DNA of 64,000 nt from an uncultured Actinomycetes bacterium (GCA_963704885.1 CAVPIB010000004.1:384001-448000), one strand, 5' to 3'; shown: positions 29,228 to 39,048, counted from the stretch's first letter. Notes: generated by a model from the letters alone, not told the origin. Translations and numbers: made by a program.

Positions 29228-29300
29228 CCCTGAAGCCCCCTTCTGACCCCTCGGTTCGCCGGAGAGGAGGATCCGACGGCGCTCGTCTCCCATCGCAGAG

Positions 29301-29322
29301 ACCTTACCGAGTGGCTCCGACA
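29301..29322 (-). promoter_or_regulatory. RecA-NDp (PafBC-type) DNA-damage promoter motif
   Basis: Minus strand TGTCGG-agccactcgg-TA-agg-T matches TGTCGG-N10-TA-N3-T exactly. Confidence 0.78.
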
Positions 29323-29324
29323 TA

Positions 29325-29344
29325 ACTTACACCCCTGTCATTCG
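29325..29344. promoter_or_regulatory. Palindromic motif shared with the nrdJ upstream region
   Basis: ACTTACACCCCTGTCATTCG versus AATGACACCTGTGTCATTCG (16/20). Confidence 0.5.
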
Positions 29345-29378
29345 GCGGGTATAGCGCACACAGACGGACGGAGGCTAC

Positions 29379-29394
29379 TCGAACAGGTGTTCGA
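29379..29394. promoter_or_regulatory. LexA (SOS) box at the distal recA promoter
   Basis: TCGAACAGGTGTTCGA, followed on the minus strand by TAGCCT (-10). Confidence 0.9.
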
Positions 29395-29411
29395 ACACAA
29401 GGACATTCGGT

Positions 29412-29996
29412 CTATCCGCTCAGTGGGAACGCCGCGATCGGCTCGTAGAGAGGCGCCGACCTGCCCAGGTCGCTCTGGTACACCAGGAGCCGCTCGATCG
29501 AGAACGCCTCCGTAAGAAGAGCGGTGGCGCCGTACTCATGCGGTAGGTGGAGCGGCGGCTCGGATCGAGCGACCGTGAGGTGCGCGTGGAAGGCCCGTGC
29601 CTCGACCCGGAACTCCTTCGTGAGCGCAGCGTCGAGATCTCCAGCGAGCGTCCCGAGGCCGTTCGCCGAGTCGTCGATCCCCACCCATAACACCCGGGCA
29701 CGCGCGGCGGAGGGGAACGCGCCGAGCCCGTGGAGCCGCGCAGTCACAGGGACCTGCGATGTCGCCACGCCATCGACCGCCTCGAGCACCCACTCGTGCA
29801 GTCGGGGCCGCGTCGCTCCTAGGAACTTGAGCGTCACATGCCAGTTGGCCGAAGGCACCCACTTCGCGCGCGGGAAGGCGAGACGCCAGGGCTCGATGGC
29901 CTCGTGCACCATCCGCTTGGCCTCGTCGGGGATCTCCACCGCCACGAAGAGCCTGCGCGAGGCGGTCTCGGGACGTGCGGCGCGATCTCCGGCCAC
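29412..29996 (-). CDS. thpR: RNA 2',3'-cyclic phosphodiesterase (2H family)
   Basis: RLFVAV, WHVTLKFLG and AHLTVAR (two HxT motifs). Confidence 0.9.
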   Translation of the reverse strand: MAGDRAARPETASRRLFVAVEIPDEAKRMVHEAIEPWRLAFPRAKWVPSANWHVTLKFLGATRPRLHEWVLEAVDGVATSQVPVTARLHGLGAFPSAARARVLWVGIDDSANGLGTLAGDLDAALTKEFRVEARAFHAHLTVARSEPPLHLPHEYGATALLTEAFSIERLLVYQSDLGRSAPLYEPIAAFPLSG

Positions 29997-30007
29997 CAGG
30001 GATCCCC

Positions 30008-31291
30008 TTAGGCCGTGCGGTCGCCACCCGCCACGGGCGCCGCCCCCGGCAGAGGCACCCCTTCCAGGTGCCGGCGGATCAGGTCGAGCGCTGCCTGTTC
30101 GGCCCATCTGCGAACCCGATCGCGTTCGCCTGTCACCCGGACCTCCCGAGCGTGACCGATGCCGTCCGCGTCTAGCCCGATCCACACCGAGCCGGGAAGA
30201 GCACTGCCGTGCGGCTCGGGCCCGGCGGCCCCGGTCAGCGACAGGCCGACGTCTACGCCGAACACGCGGCGAACACCGGACGCCATCTCGAGCGCGCAGG
30301 TCTCGCTCACGGCGCCCGGACCATCGAGCGTTGCCCGCGAGACGCCCAACAGCTCTCGCTTCGCATGGGCCGTGTAGACGACCGCCGCCCCCGCGAAGTA
30401 GGCGGAGGCCCCCGGGACTGACGTTATCCGTGCTCCAACAGATCCCCCCGTGAGGGACTCGGCGATAGCCATCCGCCTGCCCGAGGCCAGCAACAACCGG
30501 CCGACCGCCTCCTCGAGCGTCTCGTCGGTGGTCGTGAAGACTTCGTCGCCCAAGCGGCGCCGGACCTCAGCGACCAGCGGCTCCAGTAGCGCCTCCGCCC
30601 GCTCGACGTCTGCGGCTTTGGCGGTGAGTCGCACCTTGACCTCGCTCGTGGAGGCCAGGTACGCCACGCTGGGGTTGGAGGAGGCCTCGAACAGATCCTG
30701 CAGCATCTCGGCCACTCGCGATTCGCCCAGGCTCGCGCTCCTGAGCGTCCGGGAGACGATCGTGGCCGGCCCCGCCAGTTCCGCGAGCTCCGGCAGGATC
30801 GTTCCCTCCATCATCTCCTCCATCTCCGCGGGCACCCCCGGGACCGCGTACAGACGCTTCCCCCCTGGGAGCTCGGCCACGAGTCCGGGAGCCGTTCCCC
30901 GGTCGGGGGTGATGGTCCGCATCCCGGCGGGGACGTCGGCCTGTCGGAGGTTGCTCAGGGGCATGTCACGGCCGAACGCCGCGAACTTCTCCCGGAGCAT
31001 CTCCTCTATCTCGGGATGGCGGAGCATCGGGACATCAGCCAAAGCGGCGATCGCGTCGCGCGTCAGATCGTCCTCGGTCGGTCCGAGCCCACCGGTCACC
31101 AACACGATGTCCACACGTTGCAGCGAGGACCGCAGCACGCTCACGACCCGATCCAGATTGTCGCCCACGACTTGGTGGAAGAGGACGTCGACGCCGATCG
31201 TCGCCAGCCGCTCAGAGATCCAGCGGGCGTTGGTGTTCGAGATCTGACCGAGCAGGAGTTCGGTGCCGACCCCCACGATCTCTGCGCTCAG
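30008..31291 (-). CDS. cinA: CinA family (MocF + PncC/NMN deamidase)
   Basis: AEIVGVGTELLLG, TGGLGPTEDD, AESLTGG and PGASAYF. Start uncertain: homology begins at CTG 31291, and an upstream ATG lies at 31348. Confidence 0.9.
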   Translation of the reverse strand: MSAEIVGVGTELLLGQISNTNARWISERLATIGVDVLFHQVVGDNLDRVVSVLRSSLQRVDIVLVTGGLGPTEDDLTRDAIAALADVPMLRHPEIEEMLREKFAAFGRDMPLSNLRQADVPAGMRTITPDRGTAPGLVAELPGGKRLYAVPGVPAEMEEMMEGTILPELAELAGPATIVSRTLRSASLGESRVAEMLQDLFEASSNPSVAYLASTSEVKVRLTAKAADVERAEALLEPLVAEVRRRLGDEVFTTTDETLEEAVGRLLLASGRRMAIAESLTGGSVGARITSVPGASAYFAGAAVVYTAHAKRELLGVSRATLDGPGAVSETCALEMASGVRRVFGVDVGLSLTGAAGPEPHGSALPGSVWIGLDADGIGHAREVRVTGERDRVRRWAEQAALDLIRRHLEGVPLPGAAPVAGGDRTA

Positions 31292-31305
31292 GCCTGGTTC
31301 GATGG

Positions 31306-32025
31306 TTAGGCCTCCTCGGTCGTGTCGAAGCTGAACGTGTCTGTCCATGGCTGGCCGGGTTGACCGGCGATCCCCAGGTCCACTCCGTTCACGGAGACGC
31401 GAAGTGCGCCACCGTCGCTGGCTCGCAGCTCAAGCTCTGACTGGGCCATGAAGCTGCGGGTCTCCCCCGCCTCCATGGAGTAGGCCGACTCGACGCCGTC
31501 CGCCACGACCGTGATGTCCAAGGCCGACACGGCCTCGATCACCGCGTCGATCGCGCGATCGAGGGGGTCCGGATCGGCGGCTACGGTGGGCAGCGTGGCA
31601 GGGGTTGGCGCGGAATGACCTCGAGACAGGAATCCGAACACGATCGCGAACACCAAGATCACGCCGGTCAAGAAGATCATCAGCCGTTGGTTGTCCCGGA
31701 TCCTGGTCGCGGCGATGGCCCGCTCCACGCGCCCGAGCTTCGCGGGTGGCGGTGGCGGCGCAGGCTCAGCGGCGTGTTGCGCGTACGCCCCGATCACCTT
31801 CTCTGGCGAGAGCCCGAGGTACTGGGCGTAGGTGCGGAGCGAGCCCCGAACGTAGACATCGCCGAGCAGCGCCCCGAACGATTCTGATTCGAGCGCATGT
31901 AGCTGATCTATAGGGATCTTGGTGTCGCGGCTCGCCGCGTCGAGGGTGATGCCCCGTCGTTCACGTGCCTTCCGCAACGCGGGGCCGACCCCGATCATCG
32001 GATCCTGCACGGGACCTCCGGCCAT
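31306..32025 (-). CDS. rodZ: RodZ-like HTH-TM-DUF4115 protein
   Basis: LRKARERRGITL, YVRGSLRTYAQYLGL, a single TM and a beta-rich C-terminus. Confidence 0.85.
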   Translation of the reverse strand: MAGGPVQDPMIGVGPALRKARERRGITLDAASRDTKIPIDQLHALESESFGALLGDVYVRGSLRTYAQYLGLSPEKVIGAYAQHAAEPAPPPPPAKLGRVERAIAATRIRDNQRLMIFLTGVILVFAIVFGFLSRGHSAPTPATLPTVAADPDPLDRAIDAVIEAVSALDITVVADGVESAYSMEAGETRSFMAQSELELRASDGGALRVSVNGVDLGIAGQPGQPWTDTFSFDTTEEA

Positions 32026-32256
32026 GGGTCTTCGGGGATGATAGTTGACCCGCGCTCGGTAGAGCCGCAAGTCACACCGGCCGTGGATCTACGCCCCCGA
32101 GGCCCCGAGGAGGACGAACCGATCGTCGGGGTCATGAACGTAGCGACGGTCAGCGGCGCAGGACCTAGGACCAAGAAACGTCCTGCTATCGCCTTCCGTC
32201 CGCTGCACGCCGCCGCAACGGTGACTACTGTCCCCAGCGGGAGGGACACGGGGACG

Positions 32257-32652
32257 ATGGATCGCGACGCTGAACGTACGAAGAACCAGGCTGAGAGCTC
32301 GCCGTTGGGGTCGTTCTCCGAACGGGTCCAGACGCCCGACCTTCTCTCGGAGGGGCCCGTCCGGTTCCTGCTCGTCGCGGGGGATCAGGACGACGGCGCC
32401 TGGGGACTGGTGGGGTCGTTCTGGCTCTCGATAGATGGCGAGCGGGGTGGATTCTTCGTCTCACCCCAGTCGCTTTGGCGCGGGAGCGAGATGGTGCGCA
32501 GCTACAAGAGCGCCCGCTCCCGAGGGTGGAACGACAGCGACATCTACGCTTATTGGCAGGGTCAGGTTGGCATCTCGGGGTCGTTCATGATCGACCCGCA
32601 GCAGCACGCCGACAACCTGTTCCAGGTCGCGCGGCGCGTGGGGGCACTCTAG
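32257..32652 (+). CDS. Hypothetical protein, paralog 1 of a tandem pair
   Basis: 131 aa; clearly homologous to 32758-33147; G-rich SD. Confidence 0.8.
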   Translation: MDRDAERTKNQAESSPLGSFSERVQTPDLLSEGPVRFLLVAGDQDDGAWGLVGSFWLSIDGERGGFFVSPQSLWRGSEMVRSYKSARSRGWNDSDIYAYWQGQVGISGSFMIDPQQHADNLFQVARRVGAL

Positions 32653-32757
32653 CCAGGACCTGCGCCGATGCGTCACGGCCTAGGACCAATGGAGGGGCGA
32701 TCTTTCGTTCCTCCGACGGCTGCTTTCCCTACCCGGTCGGCGTACCTTGATTGAGCC

Positions 32758-33147
32758 ATGACGCGCACGAAGGAACGCTCGAGCTGGAACCGGCTTTCGC
32801 CGTTCGCGGCGACGCCGACCGCCGCCCACGCCCCCCAGCTGGTGAGCGACGAACCCGTGAACTTCCTGCAGGTCGCGGGCGAGCAGGACGACGGCTCATG
32901 GGGGATCGTAGGAGCCTACTGGCTGTCTCTGAGCGGTCGAGACGGAGGTTTCTTCATCTCACCAACGGCGCTGTGGCAAGGGACCGAGATGGCGCGGAGC
33001 TATCGGGGGGCTCTCTCTCGCGGATGGACCGAAGAGCAGATCTTCTCCTATTGGAAGGATCTGGCGGGCGACGTGGGCACCTACAAGATCGCGTCGGAAG
33101 ACGCCGGCAGCCTGTTCGAGGTGGCCCGCCGGGTCGGTGCGCTCTAG
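32758..33147 (+). CDS. Hypothetical protein, paralog 2 of a tandem pair
   Basis: 129 aa; shares VAGxQDDGxWGxVG, GGFFxSP, SRGW and LFxVARRVGAL with paralog 1. Confidence 0.8.
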   Translation: MTRTKERSSWNRLSPFAATPTAAHAPQLVSDEPVNFLQVAGEQDDGSWGIVGAYWLSLSGRDGGFFISPTALWQGTEMARSYRGALSRGWTEEQIFSYWKDLAGDVGTYKIASEDAGSLFEVARRVGAL

Positions 33148-33166
33148 AGAGGTCCCGCCGCGGTGC

Positions 33167-35450
33167 TCAGGCGCTCCGGCGTTCCTCCCACTCTTCCCAC
33201 GTGATAAGCACGTCACGCGCCTTGGAGCCCTGACTCGCGCCGACGACCCCCTGATCCTCCAGAAGATCCATCAACCGTCCCGCTCGCGCGAAGCCGACCT
33301 TCAGCTTTCGCTGAAGCATCGACGTGGACCCTAGCTGCGAGCGGATCACCAGCTCGGCAGCCTGCTGCAAGAGATCGTCGTCGTCGCCCTGACCCGAGCC
33401 GCTCGCGCCCGAGGAGCTCTCGGTGGGCGGCCGGCCCAGGCCTTCGACGCTCTGCTCATAGATGGTCTCGCGCTGCCCCCGGATGAACGAAGACACGTCG
33501 TGGATCTCCTGCTCGGTCACCCAGGCGCCCTGCAGGCGCGTGGGCTTCGAGGCGTTCGCGGGGGCGTAGAGCATGTCGCCGTGTCCGACGAGTTTCTCTG
33601 CGCCGTTCATGTCCAGGACCACCCGAGAGTCGGCCTGGCTGGAGGTCATGAGGGCCACGCGTGAGGGGATGTTCGCCTTGATGAGTCCGGTCACCACGTC
33701 GACGCTCGGTCGCTGCGTGGCTAGCACGAGGTGGATGCCGACGGCGCGCGCCATCTGCGCGATGCGACAGATCGCATCCTCCACGTCGCGAGGCGCGACC
33801 ATCATCAGATCGGCAAGCTCATCGACGACGACGACGATGAACGGCATGTGCTCGTACTTGTCCTCCATGCCGAGCGGGATCCTGAGCGTCCCCTCGCGGA
33901 ACCCGGCCTCGTAGCTATCGATGTCACGAACGCCGACCGTGGCGAGGATCTCGTAGCGCATCTCCATCTCGCGGACGATCCACTGCAAGCGCTTCGGCGG
34001 CGCGCTTGGGATGCACGATCACGGGTGAGAGGAGATGCGGGACCTCGGCGAAGTGGCTGAGTTCCACGCGCTTCGGGTCCACCAGCACCATACGCACGTC
34101 ATCGGGGGTCGTCCGCATGAGGAGCGATGTGATGAAGGAGTTGACGAGAGAGGACTTGCCTGCTCCGGTCGCGCCCGCGATGAGCAGATGGGGCATCGCG
34201 GCGAGATTCACCATCTGCGTACGGCCGTGTACATCCTTGCCAAGCGCCACGGTGAGCGGATGTGTGGCCTCTTTCGCGGCCTTCGAGCGCAAGATATCTC
34301 CGAGCATCACGAAGTCGCGATGCTTGTTGGGGACCTCGACGCCGATCGCCGACTTGCCAGGGATCGGTGCGATGATCCGCACGTCCGGAGTGGCGAGCGC
34401 ATAGGCGATGTCGCTGGAGAGCTGCAAGACCTTGTTCACCTTGGTGCCGGCGGCGATGTCCACCTCGTACATCGACACCGTCGGCCCCCTGTGGGCGCCG
34501 GTCACCCGCGCATCCACGCCGAACGTGTGGAGCGTGCGCTCGAGGGCCGCCATGGTCTCCTCTTGGTGACGCCCGTCGGCTGTGGACGGCGGAGCCGTGC
34601 GCAGCAGGTCGAGCGGAGGGAGCTGATACGGGCCGCTAGGGGTGGCAACGGTCCTCGCCCTGGCGGCCCTAGCGGGCGCGGGATCGGACCGGTCCTCGCT
34701 CTCGTCTTCCAGCACCGGCGCCTCCGGCAGGACCACCAGGTCGTCCTGCGGCTCATCAAGCCCCAGCGCCTCGCGGACGCTCAGTCGCCGGCTAGGTCGT
34801 GGCGACCGCAGCTCCGAGTCGAGTCTCGCGCCGACCGGATCGCGTTCCGGCCTTGAGTCACGGAAGGTACGGACACGCTCGATCATCCGGGCAACCGGAG
34901 TGCCGGTGAAGATCAGTAGGCCAAGGGTGGTCAGGCCGGTGCAGACGATCGCCGAACCGATCGAGGAGAGCACCCGTGACATCGGGTGAGCGGCGGATGC
35001 GCCGATCACACCGGCGTCGTTCGAGAGCACGGCGTACCCGTCGAACGGGCTCGGGTTGCCACGGGCGAGGGAGAGCAGCCCCAGCGCTCCGAAGACGAGC
35101 ACCGTGAAGCCGATGAACATCCGCAGTCGATCCTCGACGGCCGTATCGCGAAGGAGCACGACGCCCCAGTACACACCGACGATCGGGAAGGCGTACGCGC
35201 CCACCCCGAAGGCACCTTGGAGGAACCACGAGATGCCGTGCCCGGCAGGCCCGGCCGCATCGAACCAAACCGAGAGGACCGCGAGCAGAGCGAACACCAC
35301 GAGTCCGATGCCCACGGCATCGCGGGTCCACGGAGACAGGATCTGCCTCGTTGGGGTCCGCGTCTTCGTCGGCTTCTTCTTCGCTCTCGGCTTCCGCGAC
35401 GACGGGGAAGACCGCCGGGCCGGAGCCCGGCGGGCCGTCTTCTGCGCCAC
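33167..35450 (-). CDS. ftsK: DNA translocase FtsK, interrupted by a 1-nt frameshift near 33987
   Basis: 4TM domain and GATGAGKS lie in frame 35450-33924; VVDELADL, ATQRPS and the gamma domain lie in frame 33988-33167. Confidence 0.9.
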
Positions 35451-37103
35451 CTACACCTCCATGATCACGGGCAGGATGACCGGCTTGCGCTGGGTGACCT
35501 CGTAGAAGTACTTACCCAGCACACGCCGAACGTTCTGTTGGAGGGCCGACGGATCCGTGACGTGGGCCTCCGCGCTCCCTTCGAGGGAAAGCATGACGCG
35601 TTTGCGGGCCTCTTCAAGGATGTCCCCGGAAGTCTCGTCATAGACGAACCCCCGGTTCACGATGTCGGGGCCGGCCACGATCTCGCCTGTTTGGGCCTCC
35701 ACCGTGAGTACCACCACGACCACCCCGTCCCCGGCCAGCTTGCGACGGTCACGCAGGACCGATCCCCCGACGTCGCCGATGCCGAGTCCGTCCACGAAGG
35801 TCATCCCCGCCTGAACGCGATCCACCACCTGAACGCGCTCGCCCACCTCCACGACGTCGCCGTCCTCGCACACGATCACGTGATCGCTGGGGATGCCGAC
35901 CTCGATGGCCAAGCGGGCGTGATGCTGCAGATGTCTTCGCTCGCCGTGGATCGGGATGAACCACCGCGGCCGGACCAGCGAGAGCATCAGACGGAGCTCT
36001 TCCTGGGCCGCGTGGCCGCTGGCATGCACGGCGTCCGACGGAACGTGATACACGTCGCCGCCGGTCCGATAAAGCGCATCGACCACGCGGTGGATCGCCG
36101 GCTCGTTCCCCGGGATCAACGAGGATGAGAGCACGACCGTATCGTCGGGGCCGAGCTTCACCCATTTGTGCTCGCGGGCGGCCATCAGCGACAGGGCCGA
36201 ATACGGTTCCCCCTGGCTGCCGGTGCAGATCACGACCACGCGGCTGGGATCGAGGCGATCGACCTCCTCGATGGCGACGATGTCTTCGTCGGGAACGTGG
36301 AGCATCTCGAGCCGCCGCGCGGCCTCAACGCTCTTCAACATCGACCGACCCAGGAACGCGACCACTCGCTCGTTGGCTCTCGCCGCGTTCACGACCTGCT
36401 GGATGCGGTGGATGTGGCTCGAGAAGCAGGCCACGACGACGATGTGCGGGGCCTTCTCGATGATCCGGTGAAGGACCGGACCAACGCTCCGCTCGCTCGA
36501 CGTGTATCCGACCTCTTCGGCGTTGGTCGAGTCCGAAAGCAACAGGTGGACTCCGAGCCCGCTCGCCTCCTCGGCGAGGCCGTGGAGGTCGGTGGGCCGG
36601 CCGTCCAGCGGCGTCTGATCGATCTTGAAGTCTCCCGTATGCAGGATCGCCCCCAGCGGGGTGTCCACCACGACAGCCATGCCGTCGGGGATCGAGTGCG
36701 TCACACGCAAGAAGCGCATCGAGAACGGGCCGACGGTCGTCGTGCCTTCCCCCGGCGTGACCACGTTGAGTTGGCACCGATCGGCCACGCCGTGCTCCTC
36801 GAGCTTGCCTTCGAGCAGAGCCAGCGTGAACGCGGTGCCGTAGACGGGGATGCCGGAGAGCTCACGGAGGAGGTACGGGAGCGCCCCGATGTGGTCCTCG
36901 TGCCCGTGGGTGAGGACCACGGCCTCGATCTGGTCGGCTCGTTCGCGCACGTAGTCGAAGTCGGGCAGCACCAGGTCGATCCCGAACATGTCGGCCGAAG
37001 GGAACGACAGGCCGACGTCGATCAGCAGGATCCGGTCGTCCAGCTCCAGGCAGGCCATGTTCCGGCCGACCTCGCCAACCCCACCGAGGAAGACGACGCG
37101 AAC
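35451..37103 (-). CDS. rnj: Ribonuclease J
   Basis: VRVVFLGGVGEVGRNM, THGHEDHIG, TGSQGEP and HASGH. Homology extends to ~37103, but the first canonical in-frame start is 37058. Confidence 0.94.
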   Translation of the reverse strand, partial: VRVVFLGGVGEVGRNMACLELDDRILLIDVGLSFPSADMFGIDLVLPDFDYVRERADQIEAVVLTHGHEDHIGALPYLLRELSGIPVYGTAFTLALLEGKLEEHGVADRCQLNVVTPGEGTTTVGPFSMRFLRVTHSIPDGMAVVVDTPLGAILHTGDFKIDQTPLDGRPTDLHGLAEEASGLGVHLLLSDSTNAEEVGYTSSERSVGPVLHRIIEKAPHIVVVACFSSHIHRIQQVVNAARANERVVAFLGRSMLKSVEAARRLEMLHVPDEDIVAIEEVDRLDPSRVVVICTGSQGEPYSALSLMAAREHKWVKLGPDDTVVLSSSLIPGNEPAIHRVVDALYRTGGDVYHVPSDAVHASGHAAQEELRLMLSLVRPRWFIPIHGERRHLQHHARLAIEVGIPSDHVIVCEDGDVVEVGERVQVVDRVQAGMTFVDGLGIGDVGGSVLRDRRKLAGDGVVVVVLTVEAQTGEIVAGPDIVNRGFVYDETSGDILEEARKRVMLSLEGSAEAHVTDPSALQQNVRRVLGKYFYEVTQRKPVILPVIMEV

Positions 37104-37110
37104 GGCGGTG

Positions 37111-37995
37111 TCAGAGGAGACCGGCGTCCTCCAGGGCTCGGCGGACCCGGTCGCGCTCCTCAGATGTCGCTGGAACGAGCGGCAGACGCGGTACGCCCGC
37201 AGGGAGGCCGAGCATCTCGAGCGCCGCCTTCACTGGGATCGGGTTCGAGGTGATGAACAGGGCGTTGAACAGCGGCGACAGGGCCTCGTGGATCTTCCGG
37301 GCCGCGGGAACGTCGCCCGTTTCGATGAGCTCGATCATCTGGCGGATCTGTGGCCCCACCAGGTGGCTGGCCACGGACACGATCCCGACCGCGCCCAGGC
37401 ACACATAGCCGAACGTCGCCCAGTCGTCGCCGCTGTATACCTCGAAGTCGGGCGGCGCCTCGGCCATCAGGCGCGACACGCCCTGGAAGTCCCCGGTCGA
37501 GTCCTTGACGGCGACGATGTTCGGGCGCTCAGCCAGACGCAGGAGCGTGTCGTGCTCGATCCGCGTCGCGGTCCGGCCTGGGATGTTGTAGACGATGATC
37601 GGTAGGTCAGTGGCGTCGGCCACGCGCTCGAAGTGCGCGATCAGTCCGCGCTGCGGCGGCTTGTTGTAGTAGGGCGTCACGACCAGCAGCCCATCGGCAC
37701 CGGCGTCCTCCGCCGCTTGGGTCAGCTCCAGGGTCTCGGCCGTCGAGTACGTGCCCGTCCCGCAGATCAACTGACCCCGGCCTCGGATCACGCCGCCCAC
37801 GGCCCGGAACAGCTCGGCCTTCTCCTTGTGTGTGAGGGTGGGCGATTCTCCGGTGGAGCCGGCCACCACGATGGCGTCCGATCCGGAATCGAGCAGGTGC
37901 GCCGCCAGGCGTTCCGCGCCATCGATGTCGATCGCATGGTCGTCGCGGAACGGCGTGACCATCGCGGTGATGAGCGAACCGAACCTGCCGGACAT
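37111..37995 (-). CDS. dapA: 4-hydroxy-tetrahydrodipicolinate synthase
   Basis: TAMVTPF, GSTGES, TPYYNKP, YNIPGRT and VKDS. Confidence 0.97.
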   Translation of the reverse strand: MSGRFGSLITAMVTPFRDDHAIDIDGAERLAAHLLDSGSDAIVVAGSTGESPTLTHKEKAELFRAVGGVIRGRGQLICGTGTYSTAETLELTQAAEDAGADGLLVVTPYYNKPPQRGLIAHFERVADATDLPIIVYNIPGRTATRIEHDTLLRLAERPNIVAVKDSTGDFQGVSRLMAEAPPDFEVYSGDDWATFGYVCLGAVGIVSVASHLVGPQIRQMIELIETGDVPAARKIHEALSPLFNALFITSNPIPVKAALEMLGLPAGVPRLPLVPATSEERDRVRRALEDAGLL

Positions 37996-38051
37996 CCGTC
38001 CTCCTTCGCCACCGGGGCGGTGGACGTAGACGCGCCCTATGCTAGCTCCCG

Positions 38052-38597
38052 ATGCCGCGCATCTACACCAAGACGGGGGACGACGGCACCACCGGGCTCC
38101 TGTATGGAGGTCGGATCTCCAAGGCCGACCTGGCGACCGAGGCATACGGCACCACGGACGAGGCCGTCGCCGCGCTGGGCCTGGCCCGATCCCTATGCGA
38201 AGGGCCGGCGCTACAGGAGGACATCCTGGCGCTGCAGCGCGACCTATTCGTGGTGGGTGCGGACCTCGCTACCAACCCACGTGAGCGTGCGAAGCTCAGT
38301 CCCGAGGTCTCGCTCGTGACCGATGCGATGGTTCAGCGGCTTGAGGCTCGGATCGACGACCTGGTCGCTGAGCGGCCACTGCCCGACGCGTTCATCGTCC
38401 CTGGCGTGAACCCTGGAAGCGCGGCCCTCGACCTGGCCAGGAGCGTCGTTCGCCGAGCCGAGCGGCGGGTGGTGGAGATGGAGAGGGCGGACCGCTCCGT
38501 GAACCCAGAGACCCGCAGGTACCTGAACCGGCTGTCGGATCTTCTGTTCGTGCTAGCTCGGCGGCAGGCGGGCGAGATAGAACCCCCCAGCCGATGA
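38052..38597 (+). CDS. PduO-type cob(I)alamin adenosyltransferase
   Basis: IYTKTGDDGTT, AYGTTDE, RRAERR and YLNRLSD. Confidence 0.92.
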   Translation: MPRIYTKTGDDGTTGLLYGGRISKADLATEAYGTTDEAVAALGLARSLCEGPALQEDILALQRDLFVVGADLATNPRERAKLSPEVSLVTDAMVQRLEARIDDLVAERPLPDAFIVPGVNPGSAALDLARSVVRRAERRVVEMERADRSVNPETRRYLNRLSDLLFVLARRQAGEIEPPSR

Positions 38598-38598
38598 G

Positions 38599-39048
38599 TC
38601 ACTCGACGGGCACCGGGGCGAACGCGCCGTAGTTCGAGTCGCCGAAGAGCAAGATCACCAGGCCGATCGTTCTGGGCTTTACCTCGTCGGAGAACGTCAC
38701 CTGGAAGGTGGCCGAGCCGCTGTCGGGTATCTTCGCCGCGGCGTCCACCGTGCCGTCGTGGCGCGCGCCCGTCGCATCGATCACGTAGAGCGAAGGCGGG
38801 GCGAGCTCCGCCCCTGAGGCGTTCGTGACCTCAAGCGTGGCGGTGCTGGCATCGAAGCTGAGATCCGCCGCTATGCCGCCGAACCGGTAGCTGTACTCCC
38901 CAGGCTGGAACCTTACCGGCCCGGTTGGAGGCAACGACGTGGGCGATTCGGGTGTCGGTGTTCCCTCTCCGTCGCCGCCGCTCGTACAACCGGCCGCGAA
39001 GATCGCGACCAGGAGAAGGGGTGCGACGAAGCGGCGTGGGGTGCTCAC
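38599..39048 (-). CDS. Hypothetical lipoprotein
   Basis: Signal peptide with FAAGC lipobox, Pro/Thr linker and a beta-rich domain. Confidence 0.7.
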   Translation of the reverse strand: MSTPRRFVAPLLLVAIFAAGCTSGGDGEGTPTPESPTSLPPTGPVRFQPGEYSYRFGGIAADLSFDASTATLEVTNASGAELAPPSLYVIDATGARHDGTVDAAAKIPDSGSATFQVTFSDEVKPRTIGLVILLFGDSNYGAFAPVPVE

